Shown: positions 38,359 through 48,484, numbered from the stretch's first letter. The stretch is DNA of 64,000 nt from Vulcanimicrobiota bacterium (GCA_963812155.1 CAWETW010000003.1:1024001-1088000), one strand, 5' to 3'. Numbers and translations are program-made. The notes: generated by a model from the sequence alone, not told the origin.

Positions 38359-39711
38359 CTATTCTGTGTCGACGGGTTCCAACGACGGCGGCTTATGCAC
38401 CAGAAACGAACGCGAGAACTCCGCAGGGATCGGAACGAACGCGCGCGGCGGCTGACTGAAATCGAACACATCGCCAATCGATGCAGCGCGCGCGTCGCTG
38501 CGCCCCATTTGCGCCAGTCCCCAGTTGTCCTCGATAAAGCGCAAAATGCTTGCGAACTCGTACTGCGTGTGCGAAATATAGCCCTGCGGTACGTAGGGCG
38601 ATACGACGAGCATTGGAACCCGGAAGCCAAGCCCTTGGTAGTCGAGTTGCGGCGGCGGCTCGTGGTCGTAAAAACCACCCCAGTCATCCCAAATCACGAC
38701 GATCGCCGTCGAATTCCAATCCGGACCCTCGCCGATGGCGTCGACGACGCGCGCAACCCACGAGGGACCGTAGTGCGCTCCGGAGCCGGGATGATCGGAG
38801 TCATGTTTATCGGGAATCACCCACGCCACGGCCGGCAGCGTTCCGGCGTCGGCGTCGGTGAAGATTTTGGATTGCGGCGTAACCACATTGGCGTGCCAGT
38901 CAGGACCGTACCGGACGGCCCGAATCGCATCGAACGCGCTCCACAGCCATCCGCCGTTTCTGAATGAGAACCGTGGCGTGTAGTAGCGCCACGACAACCC
39001 TTTCGCGTCGAGTTCGTCTGCGATGGTGCCGTAGTCGAGACACGGAAACGGACCCTGATCGTGCATGTACTGGTTTTTCGTGATGAGCGACGTCTTCGTA
39101 CCGCTGGGTGCGTCGCATCCCCACGGCATGTTGTTCGGCGTGTCGACGAGACTCGCGCCGGGACCGATCGGCGTACCGGCCGCGATTAAGTCTTGATGTC
39201 CCAGGAAACTGCCGCTGCTCTGCCGCTCGAACATGTGGTCGGCGAGCACGTACTGCTGCGCGAGCGTCCAGTATGGCTGGATTTTCGCGGGGTCGACGTA
39301 CTGATAGGGAAAGAGACCGGCCGGCGGACCGCCGCCGCTGCCGAAATGAATGAGATCGAAACCGTCCATCTTGCCGCCGTCGTACTCTTTTACGAACGTC
39401 TGCCATTGGTGGGTAATGTCGTTTTGATCCTCGAGCCGCGCCTTCTTCAACTCGACGGTTTCGCCAGTGTGAGTGAGCCCGCTCGTCGCACCATCGGCGC
39501 CGGGAAACGTTGCGAAGAGATTGTCGAAACTGCGGTTCTCTTGCACGATGATGACGACGTGTTTAATCTGCCGCTGCATACGAGGGCCGGAAGTTGCGCT
39601 CATCCGTCCCGGCGTGAAGCGAAAATCGCCGGACGCTTGCGGAGGTCGCCCGCAAGCCGCCCCGGCGAGCAGCGCAACAAAGCAAAGAAGATGTAGGCCG
39701 GGGATCTTCAC
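38359..39711 (-). CDS. Phosphoesterase (AcpA/PLC family) lipoprotein, copy 8
   Basis: Start placed at GTG 39711 (MKIPGLHLLCFVALLAGAAC); [28 protein letters not shown]. Confidence 0.9.
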   Translation of the reverse strand: MKIPGLHLLCFVALLAGAACGRPPQASGDFRFTPGRMSATSGPRMQRQIKHVVIIVQENRSFDNLFATFPGADGATSGLTHTGETVELKKARLEDQNDITHQWQTFVKEYDGGKMDGFDLIHFGSGGGPPAGLFPYQYVDPAKIQPYWTLAQQYVLADHMFERQSSGSFLGHQDLIAAGTPIGPGASLVDTPNNMPWGCDAPSGTKTSLITKNQYMHDQGPFPCLDYGTIADELDAKGLSWRYYTPRFSFRNGGWLWSAFDAIRAVRYGPDWHANVVTPQSKIFTDADAGTLPAVAWVIPDKHDSDHPGSGAHYGPSWVARVVDAIGEGPDWNSTAIVVIWDDWGGFYDHEPPPQLDYQGLGFRVPMLVVSPYVPQGYISHTQYEFASILRFIEDNWGLAQMGRSDARAASIGDVFDFSQPPRAFVPIPAEFSRSFLVHKPPSLEPVDTE

Positions 39712-39797
39712 CGGCACCAGATACCCGGTGCGCGGGAGCGGTTCCCCCGTACGCGCTTTCGAGGGTTCGAACGCGGCGGCACGAAGCCGGAGTCGCG

Positions 39798-41159
39798 ATG
39801 ATGCACGTCCAGCGTGCCTGCGCCGTTCTCGCGCTCGCTGCATGCGTGGGGCCGACTGCCTGTGCTTCGAGCGGCGTGCCGCACGCATCCGGGTTTACGC
39901 CGGCGACGGTCGAGATCGCGCCGGCCGCCAGTTCGCATTACATCCGGCACGTCGTCTTGATCGTGCAAGAAAATCGCACGTTCGACAATTTCTTTTCGAC
40001 CTATCCCGGCGCCGATGGTGCGACGACCGGCAAGATGCACAACGGCAAGACCGTCAAGCTGAAGAAGATTCCGCTCGAGGGACCGACGCTCGATAACGGC
40101 TGGGCGTCGTTCGACACCGCGTACGACGGCGGAAAGATGGACGGCTTCGATCTCGACAAGTGGGGCGGCCCCGGGCACGCGGGCACGCAGCCGTACACGT
40201 ACGTGGATCCGAAAGTCATCGCACCCTACTGGACGTTGGCGAGTCGCTTCGTGCTCGGCGACGAGATGTTTCAAGGTGAAGGCAGCGGCAGTTTCACGGC
40301 ACACCAAGAACTCGTCGCCGGTGGCGAACGCATCGATGCAGACGATGCGCTGGTGAACTGGCCGTATACGCCGCAACCGGGCAGCCACGCGTGGGGATGC
40401 GATGCTCCGCACGGGACGGTGACGTCGCTCATTACGAAAGACAATGCGTACGAGAACAAACGAGGCCCGTTTCCGTGCCTTACCTATGAGTCGCTCGCCG
40501 ATGAGCTCGACGCCCACCACATCAACTGGCGGTATTACTCGGGATTACTGCAGCCCGGAGGCGCCGGCTATATGTGGAACGCGTACGATGCCATCAAGTC
40601 GATACGGTACGGACCGGACTGGAACTCCGACATCTCGACGCCGTCGACGAACGTGCTGCACGACGTCCCGCATGGCAAGCTGGCGGCCGTGACGTGGGTG
40701 ACGCCCTCGGTTCCCGATTCCGACCACGAATACAACGGCAAGGATCACGGACCGTCGTGGGTGGCCTCGGTCGTGAATACGATTGGCGAAAGCCGGTTTT
40801 GGGATTCGACTGCGATCGTCGTCGTGTGGGACGACTGGGGCGGCCACTACGATCACGTACCGCCAAAACAATACGGCTACGGCGAACTCGGCTTTCGCGT
40901 TCCCTTGCTCGTGATCTCGCCGTACGTGCATTCAGGACACATTTCGCATACCCAGTATGAGTTCGGCAGCATTCTGCGCTTCATCGAAGACAACTGGGGT
41001 CTGCAGCCGATGCAGGCCGACGACCGTCGCGCGACGAGCATCGGCGACGTCTTCGATTTTACGATGAAGCCGCGTCCGTTCGCGCCGATCCCGTCGGACG
41101 AACCGCTCGCGCACTTCCAGCACGAGCCGCCTTCGAACTATCCGCCCGACGGCCCCTAG
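39798..41159 (+). CDS. Phosphoesterase (AcpA/PLC family) lipoprotein, copy 9
   Basis: Cys-containing signal peptide; QENRTFD, GSFTAHQ, SDH, WDDWGGHYDH. Confidence 0.92.
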   Translation: MMHVQRACAVLALAACVGPTACASSGVPHASGFTPATVEIAPAASSHYIRHVVLIVQENRTFDNFFSTYPGADGATTGKMHNGKTVKLKKIPLEGPTLDNGWASFDTAYDGGKMDGFDLDKWGGPGHAGTQPYTYVDPKVIAPYWTLASRFVLGDEMFQGEGSGSFTAHQELVAGGERIDADDALVNWPYTPQPGSHAWGCDAPHGTVTSLITKDNAYENKRGPFPCLTYESLADELDAHHINWRYYSGLLQPGGAGYMWNAYDAIKSIRYGPDWNSDISTPSTNVLHDVPHGKLAAVTWVTPSVPDSDHEYNGKDHGPSWVASVVNTIGESRFWDSTAIVVVWDDWGGHYDHVPPKQYGYGELGFRVPLLVISPYVHSGHISHTQYEFGSILRFIEDNWGLQPMQADDRRATSIGDVFDFTMKPRPFAPIPSDEPLAHFQHEPPSNYPPDGP

Positions 41160-41248
41160 GCGGACGCCGAAGTCACGATGCCTGAAGGCGAAAACTCCAC
41201 GAGTCGCAAAACCTTAGTAAGAACAGCCGGGTGTGGAGGAAACGTGTG

Positions 41249-42319
41249 ATGCGGTTGCGCGGCCTTATTATTGCTTACGTTAGCGGCGTCGTCTTGAGCG
41301 CTTGCGGCGCTGCCGTTCAACCGGCGGCGAATACAGCGACGCTGCCACGGATAGCCGCGGCAGGAGCAGCCGCCGGGGCCGCTTCGCGCGCCGCAAAGAA
41401 AGGCAGCCTCTACGTGGCGAACACTGGGGCCAATACGGTCACGGTCTACGCCGCTGGGGCCAATTCGGTCACGCGTACCATTTCCAAGGGGGTAAATGCC
41501 CCCGACGCACTTGCGTTCGACAGCGCGAACAATCTCTACGTAGCGAACGCCGGTGCCGGCACGGTAACGGTATACGCTCCCGGCAGCGGCTCCGTTTTGA
41601 GGTCGATTTCCGAAGGCGTTGACGGCCCGCGCGCCCTCGCGTTCGATGGTACGGGTAATCTTTACGTCGCAAACGGCGCGGCCAATACGGTAACCGTGTA
41701 CGCCCCGGGCGGGAAATCCGTTCTTCGCACCATCGATCAAGGCATAAACGTGCCCGATGCGCTTGCAACCGGCAACGGGGGAAGCCTCGACGTCGGCAAT
41801 GTGTACGGGGCGGGCTACAGCGGCGGAACGGTAACGGTATATAAGCCCGGCAACGGAGAGCCAAAACGCACACTGCCCCAGGGCAGTGCCCCGGTCGCGC
41901 TGTTGTATGATGCTTCGGGAAATCTCTACGTTGCTAATGACAGCCCACCTTGCTGTTACGAGAACTGGGTCACCGTTTATTCGCCAACTAAAGAGTTACT
42001 GCGGACGATCAATCTCGTCCATCATCCCGACGCCCTCGCATTCGACGGCTCCGGCAACTTGTACGTTGCGGACAATGGCGGCAAGTACGGACATCCAGTC
42101 GGTCAGATTACCGTATTCGCTCCGGGGAGTAACGCCGTTTTACGAACGATCTCAATGGCCGTGCATCATCCCGTTGCGCTGCAAGTGGATGGTCTCGGAA
42201 GTCTTTTCGTCGCAAACAACAGCACAAGCACCGTTACGGTCTATGCCGGCGGAGAGACGCTCCAACGGACTATTTCGGAAGGCATTAACGCCCCAAGCGC
42301 GCTCGCGTTCGGGCCGTAA
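41249..42319 (+). CDS. NHL-like beta-propeller lipoprotein
   Basis: LSAC lipobox; repeats of LYVANxxxNTVTVYxPG...LRTIS.G...P.ALAFD. Confidence 0.85.
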   Translation: MRLRGLIIAYVSGVVLSACGAAVQPAANTATLPRIAAAGAAAGAASRAAKKGSLYVANTGANTVTVYAAGANSVTRTISKGVNAPDALAFDSANNLYVANAGAGTVTVYAPGSGSVLRSISEGVDGPRALAFDGTGNLYVANGAANTVTVYAPGGKSVLRTIDQGINVPDALATGNGGSLDVGNVYGAGYSGGTVTVYKPGNGEPKRTLPQGSAPVALLYDASGNLYVANDSPPCCYENWVTVYSPTKELLRTINLVHHPDALAFDGSGNLYVADNGGKYGHPVGQITVFAPGSNAVLRTISMAVHHPVALQVDGLGSLFVANNSTSTVTVYAGGETLQRTISEGINAPSALAFGP

Positions 42320-42320
42320 C

Positions 42321-43676
42321 TCATTCGTAGTCTGGGGGACGGAAGTCGTTGCGTTGGTGGAGGAAGAAAGGCGGCGCCTTCGGCGCCTTGATCGGCACGA
42401 ACGTGCGCGGCGGTTGTGCGAAGTCGAAGCAGTCTGCGGCCGGCGATGCCGCCCGCGCGTCGGCTGCGGCGAGTCGCCCCAAACCGAAGACGTCTTCGGC
42501 GAACGTGAGCACGCTCGTGGTTTCGTAGGCGACGTGCGAGACGTAGCCCTTTTTCGCAAACGGTGAAATCACGAGCAAGGGCACGCGGAATCCGGTCCCG
42601 TCGTAATTGCGATGAATCGGTGGAACGTGGTCGTAGAGGCCGCCCCAATCGTCCCACAGCACGAAGATGGCGGTGGATTTCCAGAACACGCTCTTTCCGA
42701 TCGTATTGACGATCGAGGCGACCCAGGAGGGACCGTATCCGCCGCCGCACGCGACGTGATCGGAATCGTCGCACAGCGGCGTGATCCATGTGACGGCCGA
42801 CAGCGTCCCGTTCTTGACGTCGCTAAGGAATGAACTCTGCGGCGTAATGACGTCTTTCTTCCAGTCGGACCCGCGGCGAATGTGGCGGACGGCGCGATAC
42901 GCGGACCACAAGCCGGCGGTGCCGCCGGTCGGGCTGACGGCTAAGCTGGTGTAGAAGCGCCAGGGTAGACCCGCCGCGTCGAGTTCGTCGCCGAGGGTTT
43001 TGTAGTTGAAGCAGGGCCGCTCGAAGCCGCCGTAGGTGCGATCGGGTTTGATCGTTGCGACGACGACATGCTTGTCGTCGACGCAGCCCCAAGGTCCGTC
43101 GGGGGTGTTGACGGCATCGTGCGCTTGCGCTGCGATGAGATATTGATGCGCGACGAAGCTTTCGTCGAGCTGCGATGCGAACGTCCGGTCCGAGAGCACC
43201 CACTCGTGCGCCATTGCGAAGTACGGTTTCGTTTCGTCGTGAGGAACGTAGACGTACTGAGAGAGCCGGACCGGTCCGCCCTCGACGCTCTCCCGGTCGA
43301 ACCCGTCCATACGACACTGCGTTCCCGGAAGATGGCCCGTTCCGTCGCAGTCTTCGAACATCGCATTCGACGAGTGATCGATTTGATAGACCGCTTTGAG
43401 GCTGACGGGCTTCAGCGGTATCCAACGGTGCTTCGAATCCTCGCCCTGCGCAACCGTGTCTGCGCCGGGATAGCCTTGAAACAAGTTATCGAAGCTGCGA
43501 TTTTCCTGAATGACGATGACGACGTGCTTGATTTTTCCCGACCCGATCGCATTGTCCGTTGCGAGCAGCTGGTTGTAAGCTGCGACGGGCACGTACGACT
43601 GCGACGACGGCGCACGGCTCGACAACGAGCAGGCGGTGAGCCCGAGCATGGCCGCGATGACAAACGCGTTGCGCAC
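42321..43676 (-). CDS. Phosphoesterase (AcpA/PLC family) lipoprotein, copy 10
   Basis: Start placed at GTG 43676 (MRNAFVIAAMLGLTAC); QENRSFD, ESFVAHQ, SDH, WDDWGGLYDH. Confidence 0.9.
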   Translation of the reverse strand: MRNAFVIAAMLGLTACSLSSRAPSSQSYVPVAAYNQLLATDNAIGSGKIKHVVIVIQENRSFDNLFQGYPGADTVAQGEDSKHRWIPLKPVSLKAVYQIDHSSNAMFEDCDGTGHLPGTQCRMDGFDRESVEGGPVRLSQYVYVPHDETKPYFAMAHEWVLSDRTFASQLDESFVAHQYLIAAQAHDAVNTPDGPWGCVDDKHVVVATIKPDRTYGGFERPCFNYKTLGDELDAAGLPWRFYTSLAVSPTGGTAGLWSAYRAVRHIRRGSDWKKDVITPQSSFLSDVKNGTLSAVTWITPLCDDSDHVACGGGYGPSWVASIVNTIGKSVFWKSTAIFVLWDDWGGLYDHVPPIHRNYDGTGFRVPLLVISPFAKKGYVSHVAYETTSVLTFAEDVFGLGRLAAADARAASPAADCFDFAQPPRTFVPIKAPKAPPFFLHQRNDFRPPDYE

Positions 43677-43689
43677 CGCTCGTGCTTCT

Positions 43690-43725
43690 GTCCTTCGGCT
43701 GCGCGCCCTTCGCCTAGAGTGACAC
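43690..43725. repeat. Degenerate REP-like element
   Basis: GTCCTTCGGCTGCGCGCCCTTCGCCTAGAGTGACAC keeps both family ends. Confidence 0.55.
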
Positions 43726-43731
43726 GAGGGG

Positions 43732-44727
43732 TTAGTTCGGCAACGAGTTCGGCAAGGTGATGAACGCGCCCGGCGTTCCTCCGCTATAAACTCCCTCGCT
43801 TTTCCCACCGGGATACGTGAGTTCGTCGATCTGAGCTCCGCTGCCGTTCGCATCCATGAGGAACATGTTTTGCGAAGCGGCGTCGAGACGGAAAGTGCCG
43901 GCACAGTACGACGTGTTGAGATCCACTTGCGTTGCCGTCTTCGGAGAGTACGGCGGCGCGTAGATCGTCATGCGGCCGTCGCCGCTGCCGTCGCACGAGT
44001 TCGGATTATCGATGACGATGAGATCGTCGGTAGCCGGATCGATGCCGATGCCGCCGAGGATGCCTTGTTCGGGCTTGAGGTTGAGCGGCGTGCACGTCCA
44101 GGAACTCGTCGGAAACTCAATGACGCCCGCGAAGCTCGAGCCGTAGCCGTTGACGAAGATGTCGCCCTGGTCGTCGACTGCGACTGAAACGGCTTCGCTG
44201 ATGCTTGGGCAAGAGAACGGGCGGCCCGCCGAACGGTCGAGCGGATACCCGACGACGTTTTCGTCATTAATTACGTATGCGGTGTCACCCTTGGCGAGGG
44301 CGATATCGAGGGGCGGTCCGCTGGGATCCGGATAAGTCAGCTGCACCTTGCTACGCAGGTCGTACGTCAACATTACGCTCGGCGATGAGCCCGCGATGGT
44401 TACGAACGTCCCATCGGCGGCCATGCCTGCAGCGCTGTCTATCCTGAGCGAGGACGTGATGGCGACCGGTTTATGGCTGCCACCCTGCTGAATCGTCCAG
44501 TATTCCAGCGTTCCGGTGGAGTTATCGAACGCGACCAGCGCGGGATTTTTGAACAGGCCCGAGCTCGTCCCGAGCGGCGAGCGCTGCGGCTCTGAGGCAG
44601 TGACGGGATCATTCGCGACGCCCGTTGCGAAGTTCGCCGAACAGGCCGGCAGCGTTGCTGCAAGCGCACACGCACTGAACAGGGCTGCGGGAAATTCGAC
44701 GCTTACGAAGCGCGAGTAAAAAGGCAT
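43732..44727 (-). CDS. Hypothetical beta-propeller-like lipoprotein
   Basis: LPAC lipobox; VAVDDQGDIFVNG and GIGIDPATDDLIV blades. Confidence 0.75.
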   Translation of the reverse strand: MPFYSRFVSVEFPAALFSACALAATLPACSANFATGVANDPVTASEPQRSPLGTSSGLFKNPALVAFDNSTGTLEYWTIQQGGSHKPVAITSSLRIDSAAGMAADGTFVTIAGSSPSVMLTYDLRSKVQLTYPDPSGPPLDIALAKGDTAYVINDENVVGYPLDRSAGRPFSCPSISEAVSVAVDDQGDIFVNGYGSSFAGVIEFPTSSWTCTPLNLKPEQGILGGIGIDPATDDLIVIDNPNSCDGSGDGRMTIYAPPYSPKTATQVDLNTSYCAGTFRLDAASQNMFLMDANGSGAQIDELTYPGGKSEGVYSGGTPGAFITLPNSLPN

Positions 44728-44922
44728 TTGCAGAAGTCCCCCTCATTCGAGTGAACGGTATGGGCGGGGGACCTGCGACGGCGGGAAATTGGAAAAGCGA
44801 ACCGCTTCGGCGTCCCGCTCGATTCGAGGGCTGCCGCCAAACGGTCCGCATTCCGGAAATTTTTCGCGATCGCCACACCCTGCCAAAGAGTTTCGAGCCG
44901 CTCGGCGTCAAACCTACCGGCC

Positions 44923-45588
44923 GTGGACTCGCTGCGTAACGTTGCCGCATGGCCGTTCATTCACGGCTTTTTGTTTGTGTCGCTCGCCCTGTTTCCGATC
45001 GTCAATCCGTTGGGAATGTCGGCAATTTTCATGAGCTACACCGAGGAGCTCGACGAAGGCACCGTCGCGCGGCTGGCACGGCGCGTCGCGATCAATGCGT
45101 TCTTTCTGACTGCGGCGTCGTTCGTCGCGGGTCCGTTGCTGCTCACCTTTTTCGGCCTGAGCCTCGCCGCCGTGCGGCTCGGGGGCGGTCTGCTTCTCGC
45201 ATGGGCCGGCTGGAGGCTCCTGAACCAAGGCCAAGAGGATCCCACGCACCGCGCGCCGGCGGCGTCGGCCGAAGCAATTCTCAGCGGCGCGTTCTATCCG
45301 CTCACGTTACCGCTGACGATCGGGCCTGGGTCGATCGCCGTCATGGTGACGCTCGGCAGCACTATGCTGTTCGGCAGCAGCATCTCGATATGGGACGACG
45401 CGGGCGCGATCGTCGGGCTGCTCGTGTTGTCCGCGGTGATCTATCTCTGCTACAGCCAGGCGGAGCATATCTTGAAGAAGCTCGGAGCGAGCGGCGTGAA
45501 CGTGCTGCTCCGCCTCTCCGCCTTCGTCTTACTGTGCATCGGCGTTCAAATCGCATTGGCCGGATACAATGCGTCGATTCAACACTAG
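44923..45588 (+). CDS. MarC family membrane protein
   Basis: LFPIVNPLG, FYPLTLPLTIGPGSIA, LLRLSAFVLLCIGVQ. Confidence 0.92.
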   Translation: MDSLRNVAAWPFIHGFLFVSLALFPIVNPLGMSAIFMSYTEELDEGTVARLARRVAINAFFLTAASFVAGPLLLTFFGLSLAAVRLGGGLLLAWAGWRLLNQGQEDPTHRAPAASAEAILSGAFYPLTLPLTIGPGSIAVMVTLGSTMLFGSSISIWDDAGAIVGLLVLSAVIYLCYSQAEHILKKLGASGVNVLLRLSAFVLLCIGVQIALAGYNASIQH

Positions 45589-47164
45589 GCGCTTCGCGTT
45601 AATAGCGTTAGCCCTTTGCGCGTTATGCGGATGTTCGCGCGGCGCCTACGCGCCGGCGCACGTGTTGCGCATTGCGTACGCCGGCGACCCGGCGTCGCTC
45701 GTGTCGCTGATCGCGGTCGACCAAGAGATCATTGCGACGGCGACGCTGTTCTGCCAGACGCTCGTCGGACTCTCGGCCGAGAATCGTGAGGTGCCGATTT
45801 TAGTGACGCGAGTGCCGTCGCGTCAAAACGGCGATGTTTCCCGCAATGGAATGCGAATCGTCTATCACTTGCGCCGCGGCGTGCGGTTCGCCGACGGCAT
45901 CGAACTGACGTCGGCAGACGTCGCATTCACGTATCGCGCAATCTTCGATCCGCGCAATCGGACGACGTCGATCGAGCCGTATCGCCGCATTCTTTCGCTG
46001 CGAACGCCGGACCGGTACACGGTCGTCGTGCGGCTGCGCGCGCCGTGGAACGCGGCGGTGCGCGTGCTCTTCGCGCAGGCCGACTACGCATTCGGCATTT
46101 TTCCGGAACACGCGTTTGCGGACACGAAAATCGTGGGCACGCGATGGGAGGATGCGCCGTTCGGAACGGGCCCGTTTCGGGTGAAGGAATGGCGCCGGGG
46201 CGACCGCATCCTGTTCGAGCCCAATCCGTACTACCGGCCGAGACCGAAACTGAGCGCGATCGTGATGCAGATCGTCCCGAACCTCGACTCGAACTTCGTC
46301 ACCCTGCGGTCGGGCGCCGCCGACGTCGGCACGCTGACCCCCGAGAACGTCGAGCAGGCCGCACGCCTGCCGGGCGTTCGCGTCATGCGTGTTGCCGAGA
46401 ATGCGACCAACCTGCTCTACACGCAGTTCAAGGCCGCGCCGACCAACGACGTTCACGTGCGCCGGGCCATTGCGTACGCCCTCGACTACAGGGCGCTGGC
46501 AAATGCATGGTTGCACGAATATCCGAGCGCAACGTCGTTTCTAGCGCCGCCGATCGTGACGTGGAAGAGCATCGCCGTGCGGCCGTACCGGCACGATCTC
46601 GCCGCGGCGAAGCGGGAGCTCGACGGGGGCGGCTGGCTCGTCCGCGACGGCGTTCGGCAGCGCGACGGCGTGCCGCTTACCGCGCTGATCGGCGCGGACT
46701 CCGAAAATCCAATCAGCGTCCGCATCGCCACGATGGTGCAGTCGCAGATGGCCGCGATCGGAATGCGCGCCTCGATCAAAACCGATCCCGCTCGAATTTG
46801 GTTTTCGCCGGGCGGATTGCTCCGCAACGGGAAGGCGACGCTGCTGAGCGAATCGTGGGTCGGCGGCAGCGACCCGGAGCAGTCGTTGAACCTGCGATGC
46901 GTGCAGGCGACGCCCGGCGACGAAAACCATTCGTTCTACTGCTCGCCGCGCTTCGAGGCGCTGTTCGACGATCAGGCGACCACGCCCAGCGCGAAGCGTC
47001 GCAACCGCGATTTCGACGCGATGCAGCTGCTGATTCACCAGGACGTTCCGATGATTCCGTTGTTCTATGAGTACCGGCTGCTCGGCGTAAGTCGCCGGGT
47101 GAGCGGCTACCGCATCAACATGTTATTCATGCCGGTCGACGCGGAGCGGTGGGATGCAAACTAA
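45569..47164 (+). CDS. Peptide/nickel ABC transporter substrate-binding lipoprotein (family 5)
   Basis: LCGC lipobox; LRRGVRFADG, PFGTGPF, DVPMIPLF. Confidence 0.9.
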   Translation: MRRFNTRRFALIALALCALCGCSRGAYAPAHVLRIAYAGDPASLVSLIAVDQEIIATATLFCQTLVGLSAENREVPILVTRVPSRQNGDVSRNGMRIVYHLRRGVRFADGIELTSADVAFTYRAIFDPRNRTTSIEPYRRILSLRTPDRYTVVVRLRAPWNAAVRVLFAQADYAFGIFPEHAFADTKIVGTRWEDAPFGTGPFRVKEWRRGDRILFEPNPYYRPRPKLSAIVMQIVPNLDSNFVTLRSGAADVGTLTPENVEQAARLPGVRVMRVAENATNLLYTQFKAAPTNDVHVRRAIAYALDYRALANAWLHEYPSATSFLAPPIVTWKSIAVRPYRHDLAAAKRELDGGGWLVRDGVRQRDGVPLTALIGADSENPISVRIATMVQSQMAAIGMRASIKTDPARIWFSPGGLLRNGKATLLSESWVGGSDPEQSLNLRCVQATPGDENHSFYCSPRFEALFDDQATTPSAKRRNRDFDAMQLLIHQDVPMIPLFYEYRLLGVSRRVSGYRINMLFMPVDAERWDAN

Positions 47165-47241
47165 ATGTCGTCAACAGAGCGGCCAGCGCATAGGCTAAGA
47201 TGCGTCGTCTCATGACTCTCCCCGGACTTGAGGGGCCCGTG

Positions 47242-48024
47242 CTATCGGCCGTGGACCGAGTCCTGCCGTGCCAACCAGCCGGCGACGACCCACGCTGAGG
47301 CAGCAGCCGCGAGATTATAGGCGTTGCCGCCCCACGCTTCGTGTCCGCGCGGATCTTGGAAAATCCACGGTAGGCATACGAGCGCGCTGAAGACGAGAAG
47401 CATCGCAGTCAATAGGCGCGCTGCGAGAAGATCGAGGATGCCGGTGAGTATTGCGATTCCGGCAAGCATGAACGCGGTGCCGGTGAAGAGCGCCCAAAAT
47501 GCACCACCCGGCGCAAGCCACTTCGGAACGAGCGCCGACACGGCTGCAACGCCGAAGTAGTGGCCGAGTCCGAAGACGATGCAACTGAGGCCGAACGCCC
47601 ACCAGGCGAGGTGCACGGCGCGTGCCTTGCCCGACGAGTCCCCTGAAAAATACGCCCAAACGAGTATGCCGGCTGAGACGAGAATCGCTTGCTGAGCGGC
47701 GCCGTCGAGCACGCCGATGATGTGTGCGGGGCTAAATCCGTAGAGCCGCGTGACCCAGTACAAACGCGGTAACCAGAAGATGCCGAAGACGGCGTAAACC
47801 ACCGCGAGCGCTGCGCCGCCGGCAGCGGCGGTGCGACGCGAGAGTAGCGCCGTGCCCGCGGCGATGAGCCAAACGGCCGTGACGATCGCGAGAAGTTCCC
47901 GCCCCGGCACATGGTCGCCGAAAGCCGTGATCGGTTGCCATCCGAGCGCGAAGTCGTGCCAAATCAAGTTGACGACTCCTGCAGCAACGCTCGCGACGGC
48001 GAAAATGAAGACTCCAGCTCGCAT
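47242..48024 (-). CDS. DoxX-like multi-pass membrane protein
   Basis: About 8 hydrophobic segments; FGLGHYF, LVPKWL...FWALFTG. Confidence 0.7.
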   Translation of the reverse strand: MRAGVFIFAVASVAAGVVNLIWHDFALGWQPITAFGDHVPGRELLAIVTAVWLIAAGTALLSRRTAAAGGAALAVVYAVFGIFWLPRLYWVTRLYGFSPAHIIGVLDGAAQQAILVSAGILVWAYFSGDSSGKARAVHLAWWAFGLSCIVFGLGHYFGVAAVSALVPKWLAPGGAFWALFTGTAFMLAGIAILTGILDLLAARLLTAMLLVFSALVCLPWIFQDPRGHEAWGGNAYNLAAAASAWVVAGWLARQDSVHGR

Positions 48025-48071
48025 CGTAATCAGGAAATGCAACGCGCCAAGGCGGCGTCCTTCGACTGCTG

Positions 48072-48431
48072 CTAGAGCCCGATTTGGCTGAGATTCCACG
48101 CGAATCGCTGCATCGCCGGACTCTCCCACCAGTTGGCGACGATCGCTTCGAGTTCCGGAAGCGCGCGCAATTCCTTTACGTGGCCTTCGATCGCGTTGCG
48201 GTTCGGTTCCGTGCTTCCCACTTCGGCGTGCAGCCGATCGATGGTTGTGTGTGCCGGATGCTCGCCGGGTAAGGCCGCATGCATTTCTTCACGCGGCATC
48301 GGGTCGGGCGCAAGCGGCAGAAGCGTTTCGGCTGCGGTGATGGCTTCTTCGTCGGCAACCATGCCGGTTGCGTCGGCGCCGGTAATGCCGTCACGCAAGC
48401 CGGCGAGGCGTTGTTCGATATCGTCCTTCAT
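48072..48431 (-). CDS. Hypothetical protein
   Basis: 119-aa ORF with protein-like composition filling the gap between co-oriented genes. Confidence 0.6.
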   Translation of the reverse strand: MKDDIEQRLAGLRDGITGADATGMVADEEAITAAETLLPLAPDPMPREEMHAALPGEHPAHTTIDRLHAEVGSTEPNRNAIEGHVKELRALPELEAIVANWWESPAMQRFAWNLSQIGL

Positions 48432-48484
48432 GCTGCTGGATTAGACGCGCCGCTCATGCGCGTCCTTCGCCCGTCGTCCTTCGT

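Noticed and set aside
39712..39888. Long N-terminal extensions in the ORF track (also 43677-43904, 23945-24076, 50464-50685, 62329-62727)
   Set aside because: They overlap neighbouring genes; downstream starts give proper signal peptides, RBS or promoter spacing.
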